This document shows positions 9,544-17,906 of a DNA stretch of 64,000 nt, piece by piece. Source of the stretch: an uncultured Acidobacteriota bacterium. Its GTDB lineage: Bacteria; Acidobacteriota; Terriglobia; Acidiferrales; UBA7541. Numbering within the stretch: the stretch's first letter is position 1; every line of letters begins with the position of its first letter. The position numbers and the translations under genes are program-made. The DNA lies in the NCBI GenBank assembly GCA_963757905.1, contig CAVWSV010000016.1, positions 47,808 to 111,807 of the forward strand. Reading direction: 5' to 3'. Under the pieces are notes generated by a model. That model was not told the DNA's origin. It worked only from the letters and a program-made list of their open reading frames with translations, and did not search any database.

Positions 9544-9798
9544 CTACAATTGGTCAACGAATGTAGAATTTTGTGGGCGTTTTGCCCGTCCTGAGAGCCA
9601 CCATCGGCGGAGGGCGACCACGGACCACACGGCTTCAACAAGCCCGAATGGCCACGCGCCTTGCAAGAAGCCGTATGCTGATCCCAAAATACACGCGCCA
9701 GCAAATGCCAGGATGAACCAGGTGCTGCGATGTTCTAATGCATAACAGAGCAGCATTGCCGTGACTGCAAACAATCCGAACGCTGTGAGCCAATTCAT
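9544..9798 (-). CDS. Small integral membrane protein (84 aa), unknown function
   Basis: The track ORF was trimmed to ATG 9798, which is preceded by AGAGGAAGC. It has three hydrophobic segments (MNWLTAFGLFAVTAMLLCYAL..., WFILAFAGACILGSAYGFL...). Confidence 0.5.
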   Translation of the reverse strand: MNWLTAFGLFAVTAMLLCYALEHRSTWFILAFAGACILGSAYGFLQGAWPFGLVEAVWSVVALRRWWLSGRAKRPQNSTFVDQL

Positions 9799-9908
9799 TA
9801 GCTTCCTCTGATAATATTTACCGGCCTCGCCATGAAACGTCGAGACTATCACGTGAAGGTCGAATCACAATTTTTGCCGGTCGATTTCACTTGGGGTAAA
9901 AGCTAAAG

Positions 9909-10775
9909 ATGGCGGCTCGCAGAACAATTTACAAAGCATCAGCGCTGATTGCACTGGTGCTTGTTGTTGTGTCGGTGGCGAAGGCGGGGCCACCGTTTCA
10001 GACGGACGATCCGGAGCCGGTGGATTTTCGTCACTACGAATTCTATACGTTTGGGGCCATGGACGCGACGGGCGTCGAGATCGATACGGTGGGCCCCGCG
10101 CTTGAGTTCAACTGGGGCATTCTGCCGAACACGCAGTTCCATGCCGTGTTCCCGGCAGCGGCAATTTTTCCGTACAACAATCCGCGATATTCCGGCGCCG
10201 GAGTGGGCTCGCGCGCGTGGGGCGTGGGCGACACTGAAATCGGCGTGAAGCTCCGCCTTGTGAAAGAAACGAAACACGTGCCGATGATTGGCACGTTCAC
10301 GATGATCGAAGTTCCGACTGGCGATTCGGCGAACGGCCTCGGAGTCGGAAAAGTCTGGTGGAGGCTGCCCGTTTGGGTGCAAAAAAGCTGGGGGCCGTGG
10401 ACAACGTATGGCGGCGTGGGCGAAACGGTAATACCGCAGACCGGCTTCAACAATTTCACGTTTGGCGGGTGGCTACTGCAACGCGACATTGGGAAAAAAC
10501 TGACGCTAGGGACGGAAGTTTTTTCGCATGGCAACGAAGGCCCGTTGACGACGCAGCCCGGCGCGGCGACGCTCGTCGATTTCGGCGGATATTACTATTT
10601 CCGGAATCCGGGATTTCAATTGCTGTTTTGCTACGGGCATTCGGTTGCCGGCTTGGCGGAGACTTACGCGTACCTCGGCCTATATTGGACGTGGGGAAAC
10701 TCGAAGGACGAAAAGAAGACAGGCGAGAGCGCTTTTAACCGAATGCATTCGCCAGAGATTCCGGGAATCATGTAG
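9909..10775 (+). CDS. Putative outer-membrane beta-barrel protein (MetA-pathway/phenol-degradation-like transporter family)
   Basis: A signal peptide (ALIALVLVVVSVAKA) is followed by GPPFQTDDPEPV, and the C-terminal residues are aromatic-rich. This pattern is typical of that OMP family. The assignment is by motif recollection only. Confidence 0.55.
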   Translation: MAARRTIYKASALIALVLVVVSVAKAGPPFQTDDPEPVDFRHYEFYTFGAMDATGVEIDTVGPALEFNWGILPNTQFHAVFPAAAIFPYNNPRYSGAGVGSRAWGVGDTEIGVKLRLVKETKHVPMIGTFTMIEVPTGDSANGLGVGKVWWRLPVWVQKSWGPWTTYGGVGETVIPQTGFNNFTFGGWLLQRDIGKKLTLGTEVFSHGNEGPLTTQPGAATLVDFGGYYYFRNPGFQLLFCYGHSVAGLAETYAYLGLYWTWGNSKDEKKTGESAFNRMHSPEIPGIM

Positions 10776-10811
10776 AGCCCCGGCGTTTCAGCGCACCCTC
10801 TACAGGAAAAA

Positions 10812-10859
10812 CCTCAGGTCAGCCCGCGTGGAAAGCCGCGGTCGGGACCTGAGCTACAA
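10812..10859. repeat. REP-like palindromic intergenic element, copy 2
   Basis: cctcaggtcagcccgcgtggaaagccgcggtcgggacctgagctacaa has the same outer stem CTCAGGTC/GACCTGAG and the same flanks as 8228-8277, with a GC-rich inner stem. Confidence 0.7.
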
Positions 10860-10972
10860 AGCTCGAATCGAGCGATTTCACACCAGGAAACCTACACGGC
10901 GTGGAGCGTTGCCTTGCGCGAATGTCTCTGACAGACTTGTAGAATCAAGCAAGCTGAAATCGGGAGACGAAT

Positions 10973-11764
10973 TTGGCGCGCTCAATCATTACTCTGACGA
11001 CGGACTTCGGATCGGCCGATCATTTGGCCGGGACGATGAAGGGCGTCATCCTCAACATCAATCCCGACGCGGAAATTGCGGACATCACCCATCACGTGCT
11101 GCCATACGATTTGCTCGATGGCGCGCTGGTGATTGGGCAGGCGTATAAATATTTCCCGCCGAAGACGATACACGTAGTCGTGGTGGATCCGGGAGTGGGC
11201 ACGGAGCGGCGGCCGCTGCTGGTGAGCGCGGGCACGCACTATTTTGTCGCTCCGGATAATGGCGTGCTTTCGATGGTCTACGAACGCGAAGAACAACTGA
11301 CCGTGCGGCATATCACTTCCGACCATTATTTTTTGCAGCCGTTGAGCACCACCTTTCACGGGCGCGATATTTTTTCGCCGGTGGCGGCGTGGCTTTCGAA
11401 AACGTGGCAGAGCAATGCATTTGGCGAAGAAGTGACGGATTTCGTGCGCTTCACGTTGCCCAAGCCGAAGCCTTCAGGTAAAGGCGTGAAGGGCGTGGTG
11501 CTGCGCGCCGACAATTTTGGGAATCTGCTGACGAATCTCGCTGCCGAAGATCTGCCGCAAGTGATTGCGGGGACGAGTTTCAAGATGCGCGTTGGAAATG
11601 TGGAGATTTCCAAGTTCGCGCAGACATTCTCAGAAGGCGGACCGAATGAGCCCGTGCTGCTGATGGGCTCGAGCGGATTTTTTGAGGTGGCAGTGAATCG
11701 CGGAAGCGCGGCAAAAGTTGTCGGCGCAAATCGCGGCACCGAAGTCACCGTCGAATTCGCGTAA
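10973..11764 (+). CDS. SAM hydrolase / SAM-dependent halogenase family protein (DUF62, S-adenosyl-L-methionine hydroxide adenosyltransferase-like)
   Basis: TTG start with GGGAGA upstream. IITLTTDFGSADHLAGTMKGVILNINP...VVVDPGVGTERRPL...APDNGVL is the characteristic DUF62 N-terminal pattern. Confidence 0.85.
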   Translation: MARSIITLTTDFGSADHLAGTMKGVILNINPDAEIADITHHVLPYDLLDGALVIGQAYKYFPPKTIHVVVVDPGVGTERRPLLVSAGTHYFVAPDNGVLSMVYEREEQLTVRHITSDHYFLQPLSTTFHGRDIFSPVAAWLSKTWQSNAFGEEVTDFVRFTLPKPKPSGKGVKGVVLRADNFGNLLTNLAAEDLPQVIAGTSFKMRVGNVEISKFAQTFSEGGPNEPVLLMGSSGFFEVAVNRGSAAKVVGANRGTEVTVEFA

Positions 11765-11809
11765 ACCGCCTTTCGCAAAGCAATTGTGGCATCATCTAGA
11801 GAAAGCTTC

Positions 11810-12424
11810 ATGATGCGCGCCATTGTTTCGAGAACCGTCCTCGCCCTTTTATTCGCTCCTGTGTGCTTCCTGCCTTCGGCGCCCGGCCAGCAAAAATTAA
11901 CCGCTTCTGTACCGGACGCTGACGAGTACGCAATTTACAGTTTGATCATCAGAACGCGATTCGACCATAGAGGACTTACAAAAATCGTCATCAAAGAACA
12001 CAGCGGGATGTCCTACTTGACTGATCAGATGCGTGACGAGCGGCAGTTTTGGAGTTATGTGCGGAACAAGCTGCCGGGCATCCAGGCCGACACTGTTGCC
12101 GATTTCAAAGCCGAAAACAAAACGGCTGACCAGTTTAAAAACGAGTTCAGCCTTAAAGTTCCTTGTATTCTCGTAACCGACGAGGAGACAAATGCGATCT
12201 TCCGTGCGAGCGGGGATGGCTGGTATAGCTTTTACAAGAAATATCCAGGGGCACAAGGAATACTCACCTTCTCGCGGGTGGGGTTTGATCGGCAGAGAAA
12301 ACAAGCCCTCGTGTACTTTGGGAATCAGCGTCAGTCGCTAGACGGCGCTGGCTATCTTGCACTTCTGGCTAAGAAAGACAGGACTTGGGTTATGGTCAAG
12401 CAGACAATGATTTGGATTTCGTAG
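11810..12424 (+). CDS. Hypothetical exported protein
   Basis: ATG 11810 gives MMRAIVSRTVLALLFAPVCFLPSAPGQ, which looks like a signal peptide. No family recognised. Confidence 0.5.
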   Translation: MMRAIVSRTVLALLFAPVCFLPSAPGQQKLTASVPDADEYAIYSLIIRTRFDHRGLTKIVIKEHSGMSYLTDQMRDERQFWSYVRNKLPGIQADTVADFKAENKTADQFKNEFSLKVPCILVTDEETNAIFRASGDGWYSFYKKYPGAQGILTFSRVGFDRQRKQALVYFGNQRQSLDGAGYLALLAKKDRTWVMVKQTMIWIS

Positions 12425-12456
12425 ACGAAAAGACGTGAGCCTCGCTTGCAGCAAGC

Positions 12457-12478
12457 CTAGCTACTTTCCGTCGCAAAA
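12457..12478. repeat. IS terminal inverted repeat (left)
   Basis: Exact reverse complement of 14089-14110. Confidence 0.9.
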
Positions 12479-12581
12479 GTCCTGATTTTGAGGCTGATGT
12501 TTGGCACCAGGGCAGTCACTTTGTGTCGATTCTCGTGCCAGAGTGCTTCTTTTTCGCCGCGCTCATCGAGCCACCTGGAGC

Positions 12582-13979
12582 TCACGCTAGCTGTAGCGCC
12601 AGTCGGCTGCCGATCTGAATCAGGTTGTCGGCGATAACTCCGAGTCCCACCCAGCGCTCCATTCCTTCGAAGCCGCGATAGCGGCAGCGATTCAATCCGT
12701 GACGGCGTTTCAGCACGCTGATGCGGCCCTCGCACCCAGTCCGCCATTTCTGAGCGGCGCGAAACCAACGCCGCTTTTCCAGCTTCCGCCGTTCCTGGCT
12801 GTGCGTGCTGCGGTTAGGAACGGAAACCCAACGAACGCCCATCTCCAGCACTTTCGTTTCATTCGCCTGCGAGTAGAAGCCCGCGTCCGCCGCCACCGTT
12901 CGCGGCACGCGCCCGAAACGCCGCTGATGCTCCTCGACCGCTGGCACCAGCAACTCTCGATCGCTCGGACGCTCCGCGAACACTCGATAGTTGGTGATGA
13001 TCTGGTTCTCGGCCTCTTGCACTTGGACCAGTTTCCCAAATTCCGTCGGCTTGCTCGCTTTCCCTTTGCGAATGATCTCGGTGTGCGGCTCGAACACGCT
13101 GACGATTTTCCCGGGCAGATGGGTCATCCCCTGGAAGATCCGCGCACGGGTTTGCTTCACCACCTGCCGCACGCGATCCGTCATCGTTTCCAGTATCTCG
13201 GTCAGCGGTCGCAGGCGTCGGCGGCGAGGAGCCGTCATTTGCTCAACGTCTTCCCGTACCCCTTTTGCTTGATTCAGGATTTTCCGCGTCACGGTCAGCA
13301 GTTCCGCATACTGCTGGCGCTGCCGTTCTTCTCGTTGCGGCCCAGTCTGCCGCGTGGCCAGAGCAATGGCCACCACCCGCTTTTTCACCGTGCGCATCCG
13401 ATCGCGAATCTTCTGTTTCAAACCGCCCGCCTTCTTCTCGATCCTCTTCATGGTGCGCATCAGCACGCGCGTACCATCCCCCAACAAGCCGCTGTCGGTC
13501 GGATAGTGAATGTTGGTTTCCACCACCGTTGTGTCCACCCGCAGCTTTCGGCCCTGCACTACACCGTGCTCCTGCGCCAGCGCCACCAACCGCTCGTGTA
13601 AATTGCGGATCGCTTCCGGCCCGATCACTTGTCCGATGCGCGCCAGCGTTTTCGCGTCCGGCACTTTTCCGTCGCCAATGCGCGTGAAGGCGCGATACAC
13701 CAGATTAGCGCGCACTTCCCGCTCGAGCGTGTCATAGCCCCAGTTGCGTACGTGTTTCAGAATCAGCAGCCGTAGCGCTACCTCCGCCGGCGTTTGCAAC
13801 CGCCCGAGCGTGCGGCTGTGCTGATGCCGTCTGGCTTGCGCCTGGTACACGTTTCCCAGCAACGCGGCGTCGTCCAGCAAACGATCGACCTCTTTCATCC
13901 ATGGTTCCCACAGATCCTCGATGTCTTTTGCCAGTCCCTTGTGCCACAAAGTCGGCTGCTCGCGCCGCAGTTGAATCAC
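12582..13979 (-). CDS. DDE transposase, IS5/IS1182-like (DUF772-type N-terminal domain)
   Basis: The N-terminal segment ALRLLILKHVRNWGYDTLEREVRANLVYRAF resembles InsH/DUF772. Catalytic-region motifs are VDTTVVETNIHYPTDSGLL, VAADAGFYS and GCEGRISVLKRRHGLNRCRY. Confidence 0.9.
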   Translation of the reverse strand: MIQLRREQPTLWHKGLAKDIEDLWEPWMKEVDRLLDDAALLGNVYQAQARRHQHSRTLGRLQTPAEVALRLLILKHVRNWGYDTLEREVRANLVYRAFTRIGDGKVPDAKTLARIGQVIGPEAIRNLHERLVALAQEHGVVQGRKLRVDTTVVETNIHYPTDSGLLGDGTRVLMRTMKRIEKKAGGLKQKIRDRMRTVKKRVVAIALATRQTGPQREERQRQQYAELLTVTRKILNQAKGVREDVEQMTAPRRRRLRPLTEILETMTDRVRQVVKQTRARIFQGMTHLPGKIVSVFEPHTEIIRKGKASKPTEFGKLVQVQEAENQIITNYRVFAERPSDRELLVPAVEEHQRRFGRVPRTVAADAGFYSQANETKVLEMGVRWVSVPNRSTHSQERRKLEKRRWFRAAQKWRTGCEGRISVLKRRHGLNRCRYRGFEGMERWVGLGVIADNLIQIGSRLALQLA

Positions 13980-14088
13980 GTTTCCTCCCGGAAAAAATTA
14001 GTTTACCGCAACCTCGCTGCACGTTCTAACACGAACATGGAATGTCACGCTCCAGAAATCGCCCTAAATTCGCTACTTTTGCTAATCT

Positions 14089-14110
14089 TTTTGCGACGGA
14101 AAGTAGCTAG
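14089..14110. repeat. IS terminal inverted repeat (right)
   Basis: Exact reverse complement of 12457-12478. Its terminal CTA supplies the TAG stop of the adjacent permease gene. Confidence 0.9.
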
Positions 14111-14967
14111 CGGGCGAGGTCGGTGACAACCAGGTACGAGCGGATGCGCGGGTCCATCCAGTCGCGCAGGGCATCTCCCAATAAATTGAAGGCCAAGACA
14201 GCGGTCATCACGGCAAGCGCGGGGAAAATGACCATGTGCGGCGCGTCGAAGAGATGGCCGCGCGCGTCGTTGAGCATCGCGCCCCAGCTCGACATGGGCG
14301 CAAGTACGCCGAGGCCGAGGAAGCTGAGCGTCGATTCGGCGAGAATCGCGCCGGCGAGCGCGATGGTTCCCTGCACGAGAACGGGCTGAATGATGTTGGG
14401 CAGCAAATGGCGAACGAGAATGCGCGTGTGTGACGCGCCAAGCGAGCGCGCTGCGGTGACGAAATCCATTTCCTTCGCTTGCAGCACTTGCGCGCGAGCG
14501 AGACGCGCATAGCCCGCCCAACCGGTGATGGTGAGCGCGATGATCACGTTGCCAAGACCGGGGCCGAGAAACGCCGCGAATGCAATCGCGAGGAGAATTC
14601 CTGGGAACGAAAGGAACGCGTTGATGAGAATGATGTTCACGAAGCGATCAAACCAGCCGCCGAAATAGCCTGCGAGCGAGCCAAGAATCAAGCCAATAAT
14701 TCCCGCGCCAAAGACAACCGAAACGCTGACGGACATCGAGACGCGCGCGCCGTAAATCACGCGAGAGAGGACGTCGCGGCCAAGCTCGTCCGTGCCCATC
14801 CAGTGCGCGGCGCTGGGCGGGACCAGACGCGCTGGGAGATTCTGCGCGGCGGGATTGTACGGAGCGAGCCAGGGCGCGCCGACCGCGAGAATAATCAGAA
14901 TCACGCAAAGGACAAAACCGACGCTGCCTGGCACGCTGTGGCGGAGAAATTCGCGCAGGGCTTTCAT
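14107..14967 (-). CDS. ABC transporter permease (DppC/OppC-like)
   Basis: ATG 14967 overlaps the upstream stop (ATGA). MKALREFLRH...PYNP...HWMGTDELGRDVLSRVIYGARVS... and the EAA-like region AARSLGASHTRILVRHLLPN are typical. The 484-aa track ORF is an artefactual 5' extension. Confidence 0.85.
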   Translation of the reverse strand: MKALREFLRHSVPGSVGFVLCVILIILAVGAPWLAPYNPAAQNLPARLVPPSAAHWMGTDELGRDVLSRVIYGARVSMSVSVSVVFGAGIIGLILGSLAGYFGGWFDRFVNIILINAFLSFPGILLAIAFAAFLGPGLGNVIIALTITGWAGYARLARAQVLQAKEMDFVTAARSLGASHTRILVRHLLPNIIQPVLVQGTIALAGAILAESTLSFLGLGVLAPMSSWGAMLNDARGHLFDAPHMVIFPALAVMTAVLAFNLLGDALRDWMDPRIRSYLVVTDLAR

Positions 14968-15884
14968 TGCAGGCGCACGCGCGGATCGGCAAACGCGTAA
15001 ACCAGATCCGTCAGCAGATTTACCAGGACATATGAAACGGCAATGACCAGAATGCAGCCCTGCAGCAACGGATAATCGCGCGCTTCGATGGCTTGCACGG
15101 CGAGGCGGCCGATGCCCGGCCAGGAAAAAATCGTTTCTGTCACAATGGTCCCAGCGAGAAGCGTGCCGAATTGCAAGCCGAGAATCGTGAGAATGGGAAT
15201 CAGCGCGTTGCGAAACGCGTGGCGCAGCAGGACGGCGTGTTCGGTGAGGCCCTTGGCGCGCGCCGTGCGGACGTAATCGCTTCCCAGTTGTTCGAGCACG
15301 GAGGTGCGCACCATGCGCGTGAGAATCGCGGCGAGCGCCGCTCCCAGCGTGATGGCAGGCAGGATGAGATGCGAGATGCCGCCGCGTCCGCTGACCGGCA
15401 GCCAGCCGATGAGCACGGAGAAAATCAAAATCAGCAGCGGGCCGAGCGCGAAATTCGGAATCGAGAGTCCGAGCAAAGTGAAAAAGCCGATGGCGTGGTC
15501 GGCGGGACGTCCACGACGCTGCGCGGCCAGCAGACCCGCGGGAATTCCAATCGCGCAGCAAACGATCAGCGCGGCGAAGGCGAGTTCGAGCGTGGCGGGA
15601 TAATGTTCGAGAACAACATGGAGCACCGGCTGCTGAAAACGGAACGATTCGCCTAGATTGCCGCGCACGACTCCGCCGAGATAGCGGCCATACTGAACGG
15701 GAATCGTTTGATCGAGGCCGAGGGCGTGACGAAGCTGAATTAAATCGGAAGCGGTGGCGCCTTCGCCGAGCATTTGCTGTACAGGATCACCGGGAACAAT
15801 GTGCGCAAGAAGAAAAACCATCGTGACGATGAGCCAGAGCGCGGGGAGCGAATAGACCAGGCGAAGTGAAATGTAGCGCGTCAT
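14964..15884 (-). CDS. ABC transporter permease (DppB/OppB-like)
   Basis: 306 aa. MTRYISLRLVYSLPALWLIVTMVFLLAHIVPGDPV... and DYVRTARAKGLTEHAVLLRHAFRNALIP are canonical peptide/nickel-type permease motifs. Confidence 0.85.
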   Translation of the reverse strand: MTRYISLRLVYSLPALWLIVTMVFLLAHIVPGDPVQQMLGEGATASDLIQLRHALGLDQTIPVQYGRYLGGVVRGNLGESFRFQQPVLHVVLEHYPATLELAFAALIVCCAIGIPAGLLAAQRRGRPADHAIGFFTLLGLSIPNFALGPLLILIFSVLIGWLPVSGRGGISHLILPAITLGAALAAILTRMVRTSVLEQLGSDYVRTARAKGLTEHAVLLRHAFRNALIPILTILGLQFGTLLAGTIVTETIFSWPGIGRLAVQAIEARDYPLLQGCILVIAVSYVLVNLLTDLVYAFADPRVRLQ

Positions 15885-17335
15885 TTCGATTTGCGAGCGG
15901 CTTTCGGAGTGGATTTGGACGCGCGCTTTTGAGTATCTGGCTCCGCACTTGTGGGCGACGAAGCTGCCGTGGCGTTTTTCGCTTTCTCCGCCAACGCGGG
16001 AGCTGCGTCTGCGTCCTCGAGGCGCTTGATTTTCACGCGCGCGATGCGGCGGCCCTCAACTTCCACAATGGTGAAGCGGTAGCCGTGGTCTTCGAAAGTT
16101 TCACCGCCGCGCGGAAGGAAACCGAGCTGCGTTAAAACAAAGCCCGCCAGCGTTTCGTAAGCCGGATTTTCGGGCAGCTCGATGTGAAATTGGGCTTCGA
16201 GATCACGGATATTCAGCGACGCGTCGAAAATCATCGAACCATCGGCGAGGTGCAGCGGATGCTCAACCACGTCGAACTCGTCGTGAATTTCGCCGACCAT
16301 TTGTTCGAGGATGTCTTCGAGCGTGACCAGGCCGAGTATCGTGCCGAATTCGTCGACAGCCATCGCAAGTCCGGTGCGATGAACGCGCAATTCGAGAAGC
16401 AGTTCGATGGCAGGTTTCGTCTCCGGGACGATCAGAACCTCGCGCAGCATGTGGCGAAGATGAAATTCAGCGGGCGGCTGATTTTCTTCGGCGCGCCGCG
16501 CGCGGTCGAGCAAAATCCAAATCAGATCCTTGATGTGCACAAAGCCAATTACGTGATCGAGATTGCCTTCGTAGACAGGAATGCGCGAACGTTGTGTGAT
16601 GGCGATGATTTTCATCACGTCTTCGAGCGATGCGTTCGAAGGCAGCGCATGAATGTCCGGGCGCGGGATCATGATTTCTCGCACTTGTACGTTGCCAAGA
16701 TTCATCGCGCCTTGAATGAAGCGTTCTTCGACGGGCTCAAGAACGCCGCGCTCGCCCGCCTGCTCGACGAGAATGCGAAGCTCTTCGGCGGAGCGGACAG
16801 CGGAGTGACTCTGCGGCATTTTTACGCCGAGCGCTTTGACAAATTTGCCCGCGACGCCGTTGAGCAACAAAATGGCCCAGCGAAATGTGCGCAGGAACCA
16901 GCGGAACGGGCGCGCAACAAGCAAAGCAACGCGCTCGGCGTGGGCGAGGCTCAGACTTTTCGGCACGAGTTCGCCGAGCACTACCTGCAGCGCCGTCAGC
17001 AAAATAAAAGCGATGAGAAGAGCGAGGCCATGCTCGATGATGGGAGCGTAATGTCCAGTCACTTCGACGAAAAAGGGATCGAGGAAATTCGCGAGGGTGA
17101 GTTCGCCGAGATACCCGAGAGCAAGACTCGTTAGCGTGATTCCGACTTGCACGCCGGAGATCACCATGCCCATATCGGCGATCAGGAGCTCGACGACGCG
17201 CGCGCGCGGATCACCCTGCTCAACGAGCTGTCGAACGCGCGACTGCCGGACGGCAACGAGCGAGAATTCGACGGCAGCGAAGAAGCCGTTAATGGCAATA
17301 AGTATGAAAATAACGAAGAGATGGAGGACGATCAT
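15881..17335 (-). CDS. CNNM/HlyC-CorC family transporter (DUF21, CBS pair, CorC_HlyC) with a basic C-terminal tail
   Basis: The N-terminus has four TM helices. CBS region: VREIMIPRPDIHALP...RIPVYEGNLDHVIGFVHIKDL. C-terminal region: YRFTIVEVEGRRIARVKI. The TGA stop overlaps the permease ATG (ATGA). Confidence 0.85.
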   Translation of the reverse strand: MIVLHLFVIFILIAINGFFAAVEFSLVAVRQSRVRQLVEQGDPRARVVELLIADMGMVISGVQVGITLTSLALGYLGELTLANFLDPFFVEVTGHYAPIIEHGLALLIAFILLTALQVVLGELVPKSLSLAHAERVALLVARPFRWFLRTFRWAILLLNGVAGKFVKALGVKMPQSHSAVRSAEELRILVEQAGERGVLEPVEERFIQGAMNLGNVQVREIMIPRPDIHALPSNASLEDVMKIIAITQRSRIPVYEGNLDHVIGFVHIKDLIWILLDRARRAEENQPPAEFHLRHMLREVLIVPETKPAIELLLELRVHRTGLAMAVDEFGTILGLVTLEDILEQMVGEIHDEFDVVEHPLHLADGSMIFDASLNIRDLEAQFHIELPENPAYETLAGFVLTQLGFLPRGGETFEDHGYRFTIVEVEGRRIARVKIKRLEDADAAPALAEKAKNATAASSPTSAEPDTQKRASKSTPKAARKSK

Positions 17336-17575
17336 CGGTCGGAGCCAAATGCGGAAGGCATAGATCCGTCTTCTCCCGGCGCTGCTGGCGAGACGGAAGC
17401 AGAAATCGGCGCAGTCTGTTCCGCCATGCCCATGGTAATTGTAGCAAGACGGCCCCGCAGCGTCGCGAATTCAAAAATGAACTTGCAGGAATGGTTATGC
17501 TCGTGCGCGTCGGAGCGGGTGGGTTGCATCGATTGAAGTGTCGAGCTAGACTCGCAAGGCTGGAGACGAAACGAG

Positions 17576-17854
17576 ATGAATCCTGTGCCCAATAAAGCGC
17601 CTGAGCCGCCGCGCAAAGGCGAATTCGAGAAATCATTGACGCGGCTGGAAGAAGTTGTGAAGCGGCTCGAATCGACCGACCTGTCGCTCGATGAAGCAAT
17701 GAAGCTTTTTGAAGAAGGCGTGAAGCTTTCGCGCGATTGCCAGAGGCAGCTCGAAGAAGCGGAGGGGCGCGTCGAAATTCTGTTGAGAAAGGCTGATGGG
17801 AAAATTCAAACTGAGCCTTTCGAAACGAACGAGGACGATTCGCAATCGCGGTGA
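17576..17854 (+). CDS. xseB: Exodeoxyribonuclease VII small subunit
   Basis: FEKSLTRLEEVVKRLESTDLSLDEAMKLFEEGVKLSRDCQRQLEEAEGRVEIL matches the XseB pattern. It sits upstream of ispA, the classical arrangement. Confidence 0.9.
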   Translation: MNPVPNKAPEPPRKGEFEKSLTRLEEVVKRLESTDLSLDEAMKLFEEGVKLSRDCQRQLEEAEGRVEILLRKADGKIQTEPFETNEDDSQSR

Positions 17855-17906
17855 CGCTCTTGCTGAATTCTCACCACTTTACTTTCCGTCTCTGTGCTCC
17901 ATATAA

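Larger units (their letters stand above)
12457..14110 (-). mobile_element. Complete IS5/IS1182-like insertion sequence (1654 bp including the CTAG termini)
   Basis: Perfect 22-bp terminal inverted repeats: ctagctactttccgtcgcaaaa (12457-12478) and ttttgcgacggaaagtagctag (14089-14110). They flank a single 465-aa DDE transposase ORF. The palindromic CTAG at both ends fits an IS5-type 4-bp target duplication. Confidence 0.9.

Noticed and set aside
12699-13601. 300-aa plus-strand ORF inside the IS (also 12457..12768 -, 13265..13687 +, 13732..14022 -)
   Set aside because: These are antisense to, or overlap, the clearly homologous DDE transposase ORF, and none has an independent motif.
14968-15561. 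5' extension of the DppC-like ORF to 484 aa
   Set aside because: The extension is Arg/Ala/His-rich nonsense that overlaps the DppB-like gene. ATG 14967 gives a normal 286-aa permease with an ATGA overlap.
16184-17134. 316-aa plus-strand ORF
   Set aside because: It is antisense to the CNNM/CorC gene, which has unambiguous DUF21/CBS/CorC motifs.
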